Virus record (IMG/VR): IMGVR_UViG_2651869698_000005
Coordinates: 1 to 64,000 of that record
Strand: one strand, 5' to 3'
Origin: a virus
Lineage: Duplodnaviria; Caudoviricetes
DNA: 64,000 nt
A program made the translations under genes and the position numbers. This document shows, in pieces, positions 1 through 9,140 of the stretch. How positions within the stretch are numbered: the stretch's first letter is position 1; every line of letters begins with the position of its first letter. The notes beneath the pieces were generated by a model. That model saw nothing but the letters and a program-made list of their open reading frames with translations. It made no database searches and was not told the DNA's origin.

Positions 1-435
1 TCACCCTGCGCGGCCGACCGCGATGCTCGGCACCAGCCACGCGTTGCCGACCTTGGTGGCCGGCAGCGAGCCGGTCGAGATCAGCTGCAGCACGCGCTGA
101 CGGCTCACGCCCATCTCGCCGGCCGCCTCCGACACCGACAGCAGGTCGGGGATCGGCTCGAGGCCGTGTACACGATCGAAGTCGTCGGTCAGGAGCAGGT
201 TCATCGACAGCACCGTCCGAGCCGGGAAGGCATCGGCCAGAACCGCCCACGCCGTCGCCGAGGCCTGCCGGAGGGTATCGGCCGGCAGGGTCAGCGTCAG
301 CTGCGCGCGGCCGAGCGGGGAGCGGCCGAGGGTGCCGTGGTAGACCTCGATCTTCGCCATGATGTCATCGGTCAGCTCGTCGGTGATCGACTCCATCGGC
401 ACATCGAGCTCGGCGACGACATTGAAGTTCGTCAT
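1..435 (-). CDS. HicB-like antitoxin / excisionase-type HTH DNA-binding protein
   Basis: C-terminal HTH_17-like motif LLSVSEAAGEMGVSRQRVLQLISTGSLPATKVGNAWLV; lies directly downstream of a hicA-like gene. Confidence 0.6.
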   Translation of the reverse strand: MTNFNVVAELDVPMESITDELTDDIMAKIEVYHGTLGRSPLGRAQLTLTLPADTLRQASATAWAVLADAFPARTVLSMNLLLTDDFDRVHGLEPIPDLLSVSEAAGEMGVSRQRVLQLISTGSLPATKVGNAWLVPSIAVGRAG

Positions 436-509
436 CGGTGGTTCGTCCTTTCATGTGGTCAAATTGGTGGCGGAACCGGGGGCGCTAGGCTCGCCCCCGG
501 CTCCATAGC

Positions 510-710
510 TCAACGTCCCGGCGGGACGTAGCCGAACCGCTTGCACGCTGCGATGCCGTTGCGGATCGAACGCCAGTCGCTCGCAGATCCCGCGAAGGTG
601 GTCACCCGATCGGTGCCCATGTACACCTGGACGTGACCGTTCTTGGTCGCCCGCCAGGTGAACCCCTGTCGCTCGAGATCCTTGAGTAGCTTCCGCAGAT
701 CCTTGTTCAT
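510..710 (-). CDS. hicA: HicA-like toxin (dsRBD-fold mRNA interferase)
   Basis: 66 aa basic protein MNKDLRKLLKDLERQGFTWRATKNGHVQVY...SASDWRSIRN with the HicA GF...GH motif; GGAGGT-like RBS upstream. Confidence 0.7.
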   Translation of the reverse strand: MNKDLRKLLKDLERQGFTWRATKNGHVQVYMGTDRVTTFAGSASDWRSIRNGIAACKRFGYVPPGR

Positions 711-778
711 CTTGCCACCTCCTCTTGTCGATCGACAACTCATTTGCTCGCCGCCTCTTGGCGACTGACTACAAGGTA

Positions 779-797
779 TCCCATACTGAGTATGTAA
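779..797 (-). promoter_or_regulatory. Partial copy of the palindromic operator, upstream of hicA
   Basis: Minus strand reads TTACATACTCAGTATGGGA, matching the TTACATAC-N3-GTATGTAA consensus. Confidence 0.55.
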
Positions 798-838
798 AGC
801 ACGTCATCTGCCGGCCGCAGATCGAGGCCCGATCTGCC

Positions 839-867
839 GTGACACTTACAGACTCGGTATGTAATCT
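839..867 (+). promoter_or_regulatory. SigA-like promoter with embedded operator (copy 1)
   Basis: GTGACA-17 nt-TAATCT; the spacer carries TTACAGACTCGGTATGTAA. Confidence 0.75.
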
Positions 868-899
868 GATCTCATCAGCCCGAACGAATGGAGAACGAA

Positions 900-1238
900 A
901 TGTCGATCGCCGCATACAAAGAAGCCCTCGCCGCCGGCCAGGACATGGACAGCTACGAGCCGCCCCGCAATCGCTGCAGCCGCGAGTTCCCCTTCGAGCT
1001 GTACATCACCAGCAACGACCCGAAAGTCATTGCCTGCCTGTACCAGAACTCCTTCGCCACCGAGGACGACGCGCGGCACGAACTCGACCGACTCACCTCG
1101 GCCGGCGGCGACCGGATCTACAGCGAGGACGTCCCCGGCCGGGTCTGGACCCTGCAGTACCGCGAGTGGGAGACGCGCCGGATGACGGCGAAGCTCGACT
1201 GGGCGGACTTCGCACACGCCGACCGCGTCACGCGCTGA
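900..1238 (+). CDS. Hypothetical early protein
   Basis: GGAG RBS before the ATG at 900; phage-typical codon usage; follows a promoter motif. Confidence 0.7.
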   Translation: MSIAAYKEALAAGQDMDSYEPPRNRCSREFPFELYITSNDPKVIACLYQNSFATEDDARHELDRLTSAGGDRIYSEDVPGRVWTLQYREWETRRMTAKLDWADFAHADRVTR

Positions 1239-1240
1239 CC

Positions 1241-1264
1241 GGTGGGGCCCTTCGGGGCCCCGCC
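1241..1264 (+). terminator. GC-rich hairpin (UUCG loop) after the 900-1238 gene
   Basis: GGTGGGGCCC-TTCG-GGGCCCCGCC; no clear U-tract. Confidence 0.4.
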
Positions 1265-1282
1265 GCAGGCTCGGCCGGCACG

Positions 1283-1311
1283 GTGACACTTACAGATCGA
1301 GTATGTAATCT
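1283..1311 (+). promoter_or_regulatory. Promoter/operator (copy 2)
   Basis: GTGACA-CTTACAGATCGAGTATG-TAATCT. Confidence 0.75.
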
Positions 1312-1345
1312 GTACTCAACAGCCCAGAGAGAAAGAGAGGGTCAA

Positions 1346-1558
1346 ATGTCCTCCACCCGTTGCAAGTTCGCAGACACCGCCGGCCGCACCTGCATCTACG
1401 GCTCCGGCCACCAGATCCGCCAGCACGTCGTCAAGGAGCGCCCCGACACCGTCGTCACCAAGAAGTACGCCATCGGCGACGGCCGCTTCGGCTACGTCGA
1501 CGACGTCACCAAGCACTACCTGACCTACGACCTCGGCGGCCGCCAGATCGAGAAGTGA
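1346..1558 (+). CDS. Hypothetical early protein (70 aa)
   Basis: MSSTRCKFADTAGRTCIYGSGH...; GAGAGG RBS; downstream of a promoter motif. Confidence 0.65.
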   Translation: MSSTRCKFADTAGRTCIYGSGHQIRQHVVKERPDTVVTKKYAIGDGRFGYVDDVTKHYLTYDLGGRQIEK

Positions 1559-1583
1559 CACTTACATACTCAATCTGTAATCT
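1555..1583 (+). promoter_or_regulatory. Promoter/operator (copy 3)
   Basis: GTGACA-CTTACATACTCAATCTG-TAATCT. Confidence 0.75.
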
Positions 1584-1626
1584 GTACTTACCGGCCCAGA
1601 AGGGCCCCAGCCGAAAGGATCTCGAC

Positions 1627-1944
1627 ATGACCGCCATCGCCACCCTCCGTCAGAACCGCCGCGACGCGAAGCTCGCCGAAGAGGCCCAGCTGCGCGCCCG
1701 CAAGCTCGCCGACATCATTCGCGCCTACGAGATGCTCGACGGCTGCGACGTCCGCGCAGGAGCGCACCACTCGGTCAGCTACGACGCCTACGTCTCCATC
1801 GAGCAGATCGGCAACTACGTCGACATCGACCCGGTCGAGATCCGCGAGATCGCCGCCGAGGCAATGGAGGAGATGACCTCCCCGACCCATAAGGTCGCGT
1901 ACTGGGAGCACCGGGACAGCATGTGGGCCGAACGGGTCAGCTGA
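1627..1944 (+). CDS. Hypothetical early protein
   Basis: MTAIATLRQ...; AAGGA RBS; high-GC3 codon usage. Confidence 0.7.
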   Translation: MTAIATLRQNRRDAKLAEEAQLRARKLADIIRAYEMLDGCDVRAGAHHSVSYDAYVSIEQIGNYVDIDPVEIREIAAEAMEEMTSPTHKVAYWEHRDSMWAERVS

Positions 1945-1945
1945 C

Positions 1946-1974
1946 GTGACGTTTACATACTCGGTATGTAAGAT
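1946..1974 (+). promoter_or_regulatory. Promoter/operator (copy 4, perfect palindrome)
   Basis: GTGACG-17 nt-TAAGAT; perfect inverted repeat TTACATAC-TCG-GTATGTAA at 1953-1971. Confidence 0.75.
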
Positions 1975-1980
1975 ATGGGT

Positions 1981-2169
1981 ATGAACATCGCAGACACCAC
2001 CGCAGACGTGCTCCGCCGCGACCTGATCATGGTCGCGCGGTTCGCCGTCATCCACCGCACCACCCCCGGTGCCAAGGGCGTCGACACCGCAGCCCGGCTG
2101 CAGCACTTCATCAACGAAGCGCGCAGCCACGGCGCGACCGACGCCGACATCGCCACCGCCACCGCCTGA
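1981..2169 (+). CDS. Small hypothetical protein, probably leaderless
   Basis: ATG lies 7 nt after the predicted -10 box; no SD sequence. Confidence 0.55.
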   Translation: MNIADTTADVLRRDLIMVARFAVIHRTTPGAKGVDTAARLQHFINEARSHGATDADIATATA

Positions 2170-2280
2170 CACGCCGTACGCCGGCCAGGATCGACATCCG
2201 GCCGGCATCGGGGGTACGACAGAAGAGCCACCCATGATCGCCCGGCAGGAGCGATCTGAGCGCCGAGAGGATCGCAGTCC

Positions 2281-2580
2281 ATGACCACCGCCCACCCCGT
2301 CGAGTTCGAGCGTCTCCGTCCCGGCCGATGGATCGCCGAACTCGGCCGCGTCGACGCCCTGGCCGTCAAGGCCGAGGGGCGCTGGCGGCTGCATATCATG
2401 GCCGCCGCCAGTCGATGCGTCAGTAGCCGTCCGCTCAAGTCCCGCAACGAGGCCGCCGTCATCGCCGCCGCCTACCGCGACCGCCTCGACGACGAGTCCC
2501 CGACGGCCGAGGCTCGGATGCGCTTCGCTACCCGCGAGGGCCTGCAGGCGCTCTACCCGAACAGCCGGATTCGCTGCTGA
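2281..2580 (+). CDS. Hypothetical protein
   Basis: 99 aa ORF with GAGGA RBS. Confidence 0.6.
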   Translation: MTTAHPVEFERLRPGRWIAELGRVDALAVKAEGRWRLHIMAAASRCVSSRPLKSRNEAAVIAAAYRDRLDDESPTAEARMRFATREGLQALYPNSRIRC

Positions 2581-2612
2581 CCCGCGGTGTGCCGGCCGAT
2601 CCCGTCATTGAC

Positions 2613-2641
2613 GTGACACTTACATACTCATTCTGTAATCT
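2613..2641 (+). promoter_or_regulatory. Promoter/operator (copy 5)
   Basis: GTGACA-CTTACATACTCATTCTG-TAATCT. Confidence 0.75.
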
Positions 2642-2695
2642 GTACTTATCAGCAACCGAGGCCCCTGCCAGGGCCACCCACCCGAAAGGCTCCAC

Positions 2696-3427
2696 ATGAC
2701 CACCGCAGCCCCCGCCAAGTCCGCAATGCTCGACAAAGTCCGCAAGCTCCTCGCGCAGGCCGACGACGTCGCCGGAACCCCCGAAGCCGACGCCTTCAAC
2801 GCGAAAGCATTCGAGCTCATCGCCCGCTACGGAATCGACGAGACCGAAGCCCGTCAGCGTGCCGGCCAGGGCCCCGCCCCGATCGAGGTCGCCGACTTCA
2901 CCATCGCCGGCAAGTACCAGACCGAGCAGATCAACCTGCTTCACTACCTCGCATCCGCCCTCCACTGCGAGGCGATGTGGATCAAGACCCGCCGCGACAG
3001 CCTCGCCGGCGACCGCCACGTCGTCTACGGCACCGCGATGCACATCGAGCGCGTCCGCATCCTCTTCTCCACCCTGATGCCTCAGATGATGGCGGGCGCA
3101 GCGAATGCCGAGGCGAACCCTTGGGTCAGCACGCAGGTCTGGCGTCGCTCCTGGATGCGCGGATTCGCTGCCACCGTCCACGACCGCCTGGCCGAGGCAG
3201 AGAAGTCGGCCACCGTCGACGCCGACGCCGGTACCGCGCTCGTCCTCGTCGACGATCGCAAGCGCGCCTCGCAGAAGATGTACGCCGACGCCGAGGGATC
3301 GAAGATCTCCCAGATCAAGTCGAAGGCGCAGTACGCCGCAGCCGCCGGCCGCGCCGGCAGTGAAGCGGCGTCGAAGGTCGACCTCGGCGGCGCATCCCTG
3401 CGCGGCTCGCGCGCCCTCGGCCGCTGA
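2696..3427 (+). CDS. DUF2786-domain protein
   Basis: N-terminal LDKVRKLLAQA...EADAFNAKAFELIARYGID signature. Confidence 0.8.
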   Translation: MTTAAPAKSAMLDKVRKLLAQADDVAGTPEADAFNAKAFELIARYGIDETEARQRAGQGPAPIEVADFTIAGKYQTEQINLLHYLASALHCEAMWIKTRRDSLAGDRHVVYGTAMHIERVRILFSTLMPQMMAGAANAEANPWVSTQVWRRSWMRGFAATVHDRLAEAEKSATVDADAGTALVLVDDRKRASQKMYADAEGSKISQIKSKAQYAAAAGRAGSEAASKVDLGGASLRGSRALGR

Positions 3428-3557
3428 CATCCCCGACGGTGGGGCCCACGCCGGGCCCCGCCGCCCCCGCCGCCGGCCGTGCCGGCCGCCCCGATCGACA
3501 CCGGAAGGACACCCAGTGACCACCACGACACATACCCGATCTGCAAGAATTGACGGC

Positions 3558-3758
3558 ATGGCCGACAACGAATGGACCGCGGAGGATTGCGCCGAGTTCA
3601 TCAGCGTCCAGCTCCGCACCTGGCACGGCTACGTTCTGCGCCCCAGCAAGACCAACCCCGCACCGCAGCCGATCCGACACGTCGGACGCACCCCGATCTG
3701 GGATGAGAAGGCAGTACGGGAATGGGCCGCGAACCGCACCTTCACCCGTAACAGCTGA
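3558..3758 (+). CDS. Small HTH (AlpA/excisionase-like) DNA-binding protein
   Basis: WTAEDCAEFISVQLRTWHGY...APQP..HVGRTPIWDEKAVREW pattern. Confidence 0.65.
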   Translation: MADNEWTAEDCAEFISVQLRTWHGYVLRPSKTNPAPQPIRHVGRTPIWDEKAVREWAANRTFTRNS

Positions 3759-3768
3759 CGGGGCCGCC

Positions 3769-4503
3769 ATGACACCCGCCAAGAGGGTCGCAATCACCGG
3801 GATTGCGATCCTGCTCCCGCTTGCCCTTTACCTGTCCTACGTCGCCCTTGTCGATGTCTCCGCCCGATCCGGCGTCGGCCACTATCAGTCCCTCGTCTGG
3901 CCGATCATCGTCGACGGCGTCGCCATCGTCGCCACCGTCGCGGCCTACTCGCTCCGCGGCGACAAAGGGTCACCCCCGCGCGACGGCTACCGCTACTCAT
4001 GGACCCTGCTCGTCGCCGCAGCGATCGTTTCGGCCGCCGCCAACGCCGCGCATCTGCTCCTCCCGCCCGGCCCGATGCCGCAGTGGGTCGTCGCCGGCGT
4101 CGCGCTCGTGCCGCCCGTCGCCATCGTCGTCGTCGCCCATCTGACGGTCATCCTCGCCCGCGATGCCGGCCGCGCCGCCGATGCGGCCATCGAACCGGCA
4201 ACGGCCGGGCAGCACCACGTCAGCGCCCCCGCCGCCTTCGCCTCCATCCCTCGCGAGGTCAGCCCGATCGAGACGGCGGAGAGCGCCCACGGCGATCTGA
4301 GCGCCGACAATGCCGCACCCCCGCCGCCGCCCGCCGCCGACTGGCAGGCCGCCGAAGACCGCCCCGCCGAAGCGCTCCGACTGCGCACCGAAGAGGGCCT
4401 CACCTGGCAGCAGATCGGCGATCGGCTCGGCATCTCCGAGCGATCAGCGCGCCGAGACGCCAAGGCTGCCGAAACAGGACAGATGCTGAGAAAGGCATCG
4501 TAG
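3769..4503 (+). CDS. DUF2637-like membrane protein with C-terminal HTH
   Basis: Four hydrophobic helices, LSYVAL...WPIIVDG...SAAANAAH motifs, C-terminal TWQQIGDRLGISERSARR. Confidence 0.7.
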   Translation: MTPAKRVAITGIAILLPLALYLSYVALVDVSARSGVGHYQSLVWPIIVDGVAIVATVAAYSLRGDKGSPPRDGYRYSWTLLVAAAIVSAAANAAHLLLPPGPMPQWVVAGVALVPPVAIVVVAHLTVILARDAGRAADAAIEPATAGQHHVSAPAAFASIPREVSPIETAESAHGDLSADNAAPPPPPAADWQAAEDRPAEALRLRTEEGLTWQQIGDRLGISERSARRDAKAAETGQMLRKAS

Positions 4504-4622
4504 AAACCCCCAGGCCCCCCACTTCGAGCAGCAAACCAAGTGGACGGTAATGTCCGAATCGGGCGAGCTGATGGTGGGTTGGAGACGACCCCGGGAAGCT
4601 TCAGCTCGCCCGCTCAAACACG

Positions 4623-4660
4623 AAAAGGCCCCCACGCTCGAGGTGAGCGCGGGGGCCTTC
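4623..4660. terminator. Probably bidirectional intrinsic terminator between convergent arms
   Basis: AAAAGGCCCCCACGCTC-GAGGT-GAGCGCGGGGGCCTT hairpin between convergent genes. Confidence 0.7.
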
Positions 4661-4679
4661 GGGTTGTACTGCAGATCCT

Positions 4680-7652
4680 CTACGGCTCCACAGTGAGATG
4701 GCTCGCAGGGTCGTCTGGGATCGTCGTGTTTCCGCCAATGCCCGACTGGGCGTAGCCCTGCACTCGCAGAACCGTGTCGACCGTAGGCGTGTAGGAGAAC
4801 GGGGCAATCGTGATCGGGCTTGCCGAGGTGGCCTGAGCGATCTGGTTGCCCGCGGTATCCACGATTCGCGCGCGGTTTCCAGTGTTGGTTCCGTTCCGTA
4901 GCAGGGCGGCGGAGACGGTCACCTTGAGCCCGGCCTTGACGGCCAGGCCGTCGCTGACGATGACTGTCGCCGGGTACAGCGGGTCGGCCACCCATCCGAG
5001 GACATCGCGATAGGAGAGGGCTGCGGGCAGTGTGTACGAGCCAGATTTGACCATCCGCTGCCCCTTCGGTGCCGCCGTAGGCTCCACGATCTCCGCCGAC
5101 AGATCGGCGGAGACTGTCGCCTCTGCCACCACCGAGCGCACCGGGATCGGGAAGTCGCCGCCAGCCCACCAATCCAGAGTCGGCGAGTAGTAATTACCGT
5201 AGAAGGCGCGCTGCGAGGCGAGCATGAAGCCAACGCGCCGGTTCGCTTCGCCGATCGGCGCTCGACCGCCTTCGGGCATCTCGAACGCCGCGAACATCGC
5301 CACACCGTTGCGGTAACCCTGAATCGCGTTGCCGATGACGCGGAGCTCGTAGACCGTCCCCGCAACCGGGGTGCCGACCACATCGTCACGGCTCGAGATG
5401 ACCACGCCGTTGACGGCGAGACGCACCGAGTTGGCGTACATCTGCATGGTGATGCCGGCCGATCCGTCCTGCCCGATACGGGCGAGGAGACTGAATGGCA
5501 TTCCCGCTGCACTCGCGGGATCGGCGATGACCGCGCTGACGTACTGATCGTCGGTGCTAGTCGAGGTTGTCCAGTACGCCGAGCCATACGCGGTGAGATC
5601 CTGACTGCCGATGTACAGCCGGGCGACACCGGTGGGTAGAACCTGCACCACATACGGCGCGACGGTCGAGGGACTGCTCACCCAATTCGAGTTGAATTGG
5701 GTCAGGTCTTGAGTGGTCGCGGATCCATTGAAGCCGTCGAAGAAGTCCTTGCGTAGCTGCGGCGAGGAGATGTCCGCGCCGGGGAAGCCGACAGCGGTGA
5801 ACGACGCCGGAACCGCCATGCGCTGCATGATCTCGACGGTCAGGTCGCCAGCGCCGGTCATCTCGGCGGCCACCACCTCGCGCTCGATCACCGTCGTCGA
5901 CAGAGCACCGTCTGCGGTGAAGGCGGCCTCGATCTGCGCGGATGCGAACGCGGTAGCCGAAGCCCCGCCGGCCGCCGAGAAGTCGGCCGTCGCTGCGAGC
6001 TGGATCGCCGCCGCGGCCGTACCCGAAGCGGTGAACGCCGCCTCACGGCCGAACCCGACGATCACGGCCGCCGAGGCGGACCCGTCGCCGGTGAACCCGG
6101 CGTCGACCGCAACCTTCGGGGCGATCATCGAATCCGCCAGCAACACCGCATCGCCAGTGAAGGACGGCACGTCAGCGGTCACGACGGGCATGGGCTCGAA
6201 GTACAGAAACGTGTTCGTTGGGCCTGGCAGGATCGCTACGTTGAAGTACGCCACGTTCGACGATCTCGCCGTCATGGTCACGACGTCGCCATGCGTCAGA
6301 GCAACGTTGACAGAGCCGGTCGCGACGACACCTGCGACACCGGGCGACTCGTAGACCACGTTCCCGTTGACCAGGATGCGGAACGCGGGCGAGCGCCGAG
6401 AGGTATCAGCGACCGTCAGCTGCCCGATGATGTTGACGATGCCGTCGCCGGACATCACCAGTGCATCCGAGACCAGGTCGGTGCCGGGGTATCCGTCGCG
6501 GATCGCCCAGCCCGTCAGCGGGATGAACGTATCGTTCGTCGTCTGGCTGGTGACCTTGTCCATGCCCATGCTCGACGTTTCGGACGGCTTCGCGTCGACC
6601 GAGAGCACCACATTGGCCGTGAACGGCGCAGCATGGGCCACAAGTGGCCCGGCGACCGTGAGGTCAGCCGAACCCGTCGAGAACGCGTTGACGGCGATCT
6701 GACCGACCGCAACAGCCGACAGAGTGGCGCTCGCCTCCGCGGCCGCTGCGAGAGCGAACCGCACGAACGACGAATGTTCGAGGATTGGATCGGCAGTGAA
6801 GTCAGCCGCGACCTCGTAGGTGCCCCCGTCGGACTGCGACGGCGCGGAAAGCTCCGCCGCGGCCGAGAAGTCGGCTGTGACCGACGCTTTCGCGGTCACG
6901 TCGACCGAGAGATCAGCAGCAGCCGACATCGCAGCCGACAGCGACGATGCCGCGGCCGCCTGTGCGGTACCGGATCCGGTGAACGCGGCGACCATCGGAG
7001 CGATGGCTCGGATTGCCACCGACAGATCGGCAGCGGCACTCGCGTCGGCTGGCACCGGCACTGCGACGGTCGATCCGAACGTGCCATCGGCCTCGAACGA
7101 GACGTCGACGAACCCGTGCGGTTCGACCAGGACAGTAAGGTCGCCGGCCGCCGTCATCGCTGCCAGGACCGGCACAGAGACCGCCGCGGAGGCGACCCCG
7201 GCCGCAGTGAAGTCACCGGCAGCCGGGGCGATCGCCGAGAGATCGGCGGACAGGGTGCCGGCCCCGCCGAAGGGTGCATCGACAGTCTTGATGCCGCCGT
7301 CTGCACCAACGAAGGCGCTCAGTGAGCCCGCTGCGTCGAACCCCGCGACCACGGTCGCTTTCGTCGTCACGGTCACGGCGAGTACACCGCCGGCCGTGAA
7401 CGAAGCGACCATCGAAGCCCGTACCGCCTGAGCGGCCGAGAAGGTTGCGGCAGCGAAGAACTCGGCCAGTGCGGTGTAGGCCATCGGTGGAACCCATGAA
7501 CCTGGCACGGTGAGCGTCGGGATGCTCGGAGCGGCGGCCTTGATCGTCGGCGGGCTCGGCGCTTCCGCGGCCACGGTCGGCACCGCCGGAGCTGGGGCAC
7601 GAAGAGACGTCGTCGCCGGCGCTGCCACCTCGACCGAACTAGTGATACTCAC
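4680..7652 (-). CDS. Minor tail / receptor-binding fibre protein (990 aa)
   Basis: Ala/Thr-rich ADFTA.G repeats interspersed with globular beta domains; last gene of the structural operon. Confidence 0.7.
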   Translation of the reverse strand: MSITSSVEVAAPATTSLRAPAPAVPTVAAEAPSPPTIKAAAPSIPTLTVPGSWVPPMAYTALAEFFAAATFSAAQAVRASMVASFTAGGVLAVTVTTKATVVAGFDAAGSLSAFVGADGGIKTVDAPFGGAGTLSADLSAIAPAAGDFTAAGVASAAVSVPVLAAMTAAGDLTVLVEPHGFVDVSFEADGTFGSTVAVPVPADASAAADLSVAIRAIAPMVAAFTGSGTAQAAAASSLSAAMSAAADLSVDVTAKASVTADFSAAAELSAPSQSDGGTYEVAADFTADPILEHSSFVRFALAAAAEASATLSAVAVGQIAVNAFSTGSADLTVAGPLVAHAAPFTANVVLSVDAKPSETSSMGMDKVTSQTTNDTFIPLTGWAIRDGYPGTDLVSDALVMSGDGIVNIIGQLTVADTSRRSPAFRILVNGNVVYESPGVAGVVATGSVNVALTHGDVVTMTARSSNVAYFNVAILPGPTNTFLYFEPMPVVTADVPSFTGDAVLLADSMIAPKVAVDAGFTGDGSASAAVIVGFGREAAFTASGTAAAAIQLAATADFSAAGGASATAFASAQIEAAFTADGALSTTVIEREVVAAEMTGAGDLTVEIMQRMAVPASFTAVGFPGADISSPQLRKDFFDGFNGSATTQDLTQFNSNWVSSPSTVAPYVVQVLPTGVARLYIGSQDLTAYGSAYWTTSTSTDDQYVSAVIADPASAAGMPFSLLARIGQDGSAGITMQMYANSVRLAVNGVVISSRDDVVGTPVAGTVYELRVIGNAIQGYRNGVAMFAAFEMPEGGRAPIGEANRRVGFMLASQRAFYGNYYSPTLDWWAGGDFPIPVRSVVAEATVSADLSAEIVEPTAAPKGQRMVKSGSYTLPAALSYRDVLGWVADPLYPATVIVSDGLAVKAGLKVTVSAALLRNGTNTGNRARIVDTAGNQIAQATSASPITIAPFSYTPTVDTVLRVQGYAQSGIGGNTTIPDDPASHLTVEP

Positions 7653-7689
7653 CAGTGGTCCTCCTCCGAATCGTGTTGGGGTGCGACGA

Positions 7690-8040
7690 TCAGGAGATGG
7701 TGATCTTCGGGGTCACGAGGATCTGCCCCTGCGCGCCGAGGGTCGTCGAGGTGATGGCGACCTTGTCGACGAACGAGCCGCCGGTCGCTGCGGTCCAGAT
7801 GCCCACGAAGGTGTAGGTGCCGGCCGGGACGTCGATGGTGACCTGCGACCCCTGCGAGATGCCGTCGACGGCACCGGCGGTCCAGGTCGTCTGCTTGCGG
7901 GCGTAGGCGGGCGACCCGCCGGTAGCCTCGGCGGTGCCGGTCGAGCCGGGATCGCCGGTGTGGAGGCTGATCCACGAGTTCGTGGTGGTCGCGTATGCGA
8001 TCGCGAGTGCTTCCTTGGTGCTGTTGACGGCGATTGCCAT
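7690..8040 (-). CDS. Minor tail protein (tail fibre-associated)
   Basis: ISLHTGDPGSTGTAEATGGSPAYARK motif common to actinophage tail proteins. Confidence 0.75.
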   Translation of the reverse strand: MAIAVNSTKEALAIAYATTTNSWISLHTGDPGSTGTAEATGGSPAYARKQTTWTAGAVDGISQGSQVTIDVPAGTYTFVGIWTAATGGSFVDKVAITSTTLGAQGQILVTPKITIS

Positions 8041-8068
8041 GTGATCTCTCCTGAAAAGCGTTGGGATG

Positions 8069-8108
8069 GAACGACAAAGGCCCGCCAGCGGTGAGCTGAG
8101 CGGGCCTG
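8069..8108 (-). terminator. Intrinsic terminator-like hairpin
   Basis: Minus strand AGGCCCGC...GCGGGCCT followed by TTGTCGTT. Confidence 0.5.
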
Positions 8109-8127
8109 ACGGGGGAGGGTGTGGGAG

Positions 8128-8451
8128 TTACTGGCGGCGCTGAATGCGGCCGTAGAACCAGCAGTACTCGGTGGTGGGTTCAGTGGGGAACGAGACGATC
8201 AGGCGGTACTTGGAACCGGCCTCGACCACGTCGGCGGCTTCGGATTGCACGACCCACTTGACGGAGGTGCCGTTCACGACACCGGGCCAGGTCGCCACCA
8301 GCTCGTCGGAGGTGTCGGTGACGAAGATCGAAGCGGTGGTGCCGGCCGGCAGGCTCTGGCCGTCGACCTCGATCACCTGCACGAAGTCGGCACCCTTCGA
8401 CAGGGTCAGGTTGGTGGTCTCGGGGACGTGCCCGAACGGGGAAAAACTCAT
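8128..8451 (-). CDS. Minor tail protein (small beta-sandwich, LtfC-like)
   Basis: LTLSKGADFVQVI...YCWFYGRIQR motif. Confidence 0.6.
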   Translation of the reverse strand: MSFSPFGHVPETTNLTLSKGADFVQVIEVDGQSLPAGTTASIFVTDTSDELVATWPGVVNGTSVKWVVQSEAADVVEAGSKYRLIVSFPTEPTTEYCWFYGRIQRRQ

Positions 8452-8831
8452 GTGGGCCTGCCGATCTCGGCTCGAAGTTCGGGCGACATGACGGGGGCGG
8501 GGATGTCGCGGGAGCGGGCGATGTCGATGAAGTCGCGCAGTGCCCCGATCGCCTGATGGAACAGGCCGGTGATGCGGGACTGCTCGAGCTTCGATTCGGC
8601 GAGTTGGATCTCGACGGTGTCGAGGCGGGTCTTGACCGCCTGCAGTTCGGCGACGCAATTTGTCAGCAGGTTGACTGCCATGTCGTTGACGGTCTTCGCT
8701 GCCTCGACCTGCGCAGAATCGTCATCGGACTCGGCCGTCCGACGGCTACTGAGATAGTTCAGTAGCGCCGGAAAGCCAGTCCCGCCAACGAATGTCAGTG
8801 CCATGCCCCCTAGAGTGAGGGCGGTGCTCAC
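8448..8831 (-). CDS. Membrane protein of the lysis cassette
   Basis: N-terminal TM helix followed by a coiled coil; adjacent to the holin. Confidence 0.6.
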   Translation of the reverse strand: MSTALTLGGMALTFVGGTGFPALLNYLSSRRTAESDDDSAQVEAAKTVNDMAVNLLTNCVAELQAVKTRLDTVEIQLAESKLEQSRITGLFHQAIGALRDFIDIARSRDIPAPVMSPELRAEIGRPT

Positions 8832-9139
8832 TGCGATACGGCCCGGTGCTTGCCGCCATCGCCGAAGCCCTTGAAGCTCTCGGAAACGTTCTCGATCAGC
8901 TCCTCGGCCTGGTCGGCGACCTCGGCCACCGTCGCCTCGTTCTTGACGATCCAGACGTTGACGGTGCGGAGGATCTCGAGGAATGCCAGGAATCCAGCGA
9001 CTGCGCTCGCAGCCGGGCGCATCGGCTCGGGTACCAGCATGATCATCGACGTCGCCGCGGTGCCGACGGTGAGAATGCCGCCGATGCCGGAGACGACGGC
9101 CTTGGCGTTACGCGATACGAACTGTCCTGCTTTTGCCAT
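8828..9139 (-). CDS. Holin
   Basis: Two TM segments; KAVVSGIGGIL...VWIVKN; downstream of the lysin. Confidence 0.65.
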   Translation of the reverse strand: MAKAGQFVSRNAKAVVSGIGGILTVGTAATSMIMLVPEPMRPAASAVAGFLAFLEILRTVNVWIVKNEATVAEVADQAEELIENVSESFKGFGDGGKHRAVSQ

Positions 9140-9140
9140 G

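Noticed and set aside
839-2641. Recurring ~30-nt repeats considered as a CRISPR array
   Set aside because: Spacing is irregular (270-670 nt), the intervals are protein-coding genes, and no cas genes are present; a promoter/operator reading fits better.
4680-7652. Diversity-generating retroelement target in the tail fibre
   Set aside because: No reverse transcriptase and no TR/VR repeat pair were seen in the window.
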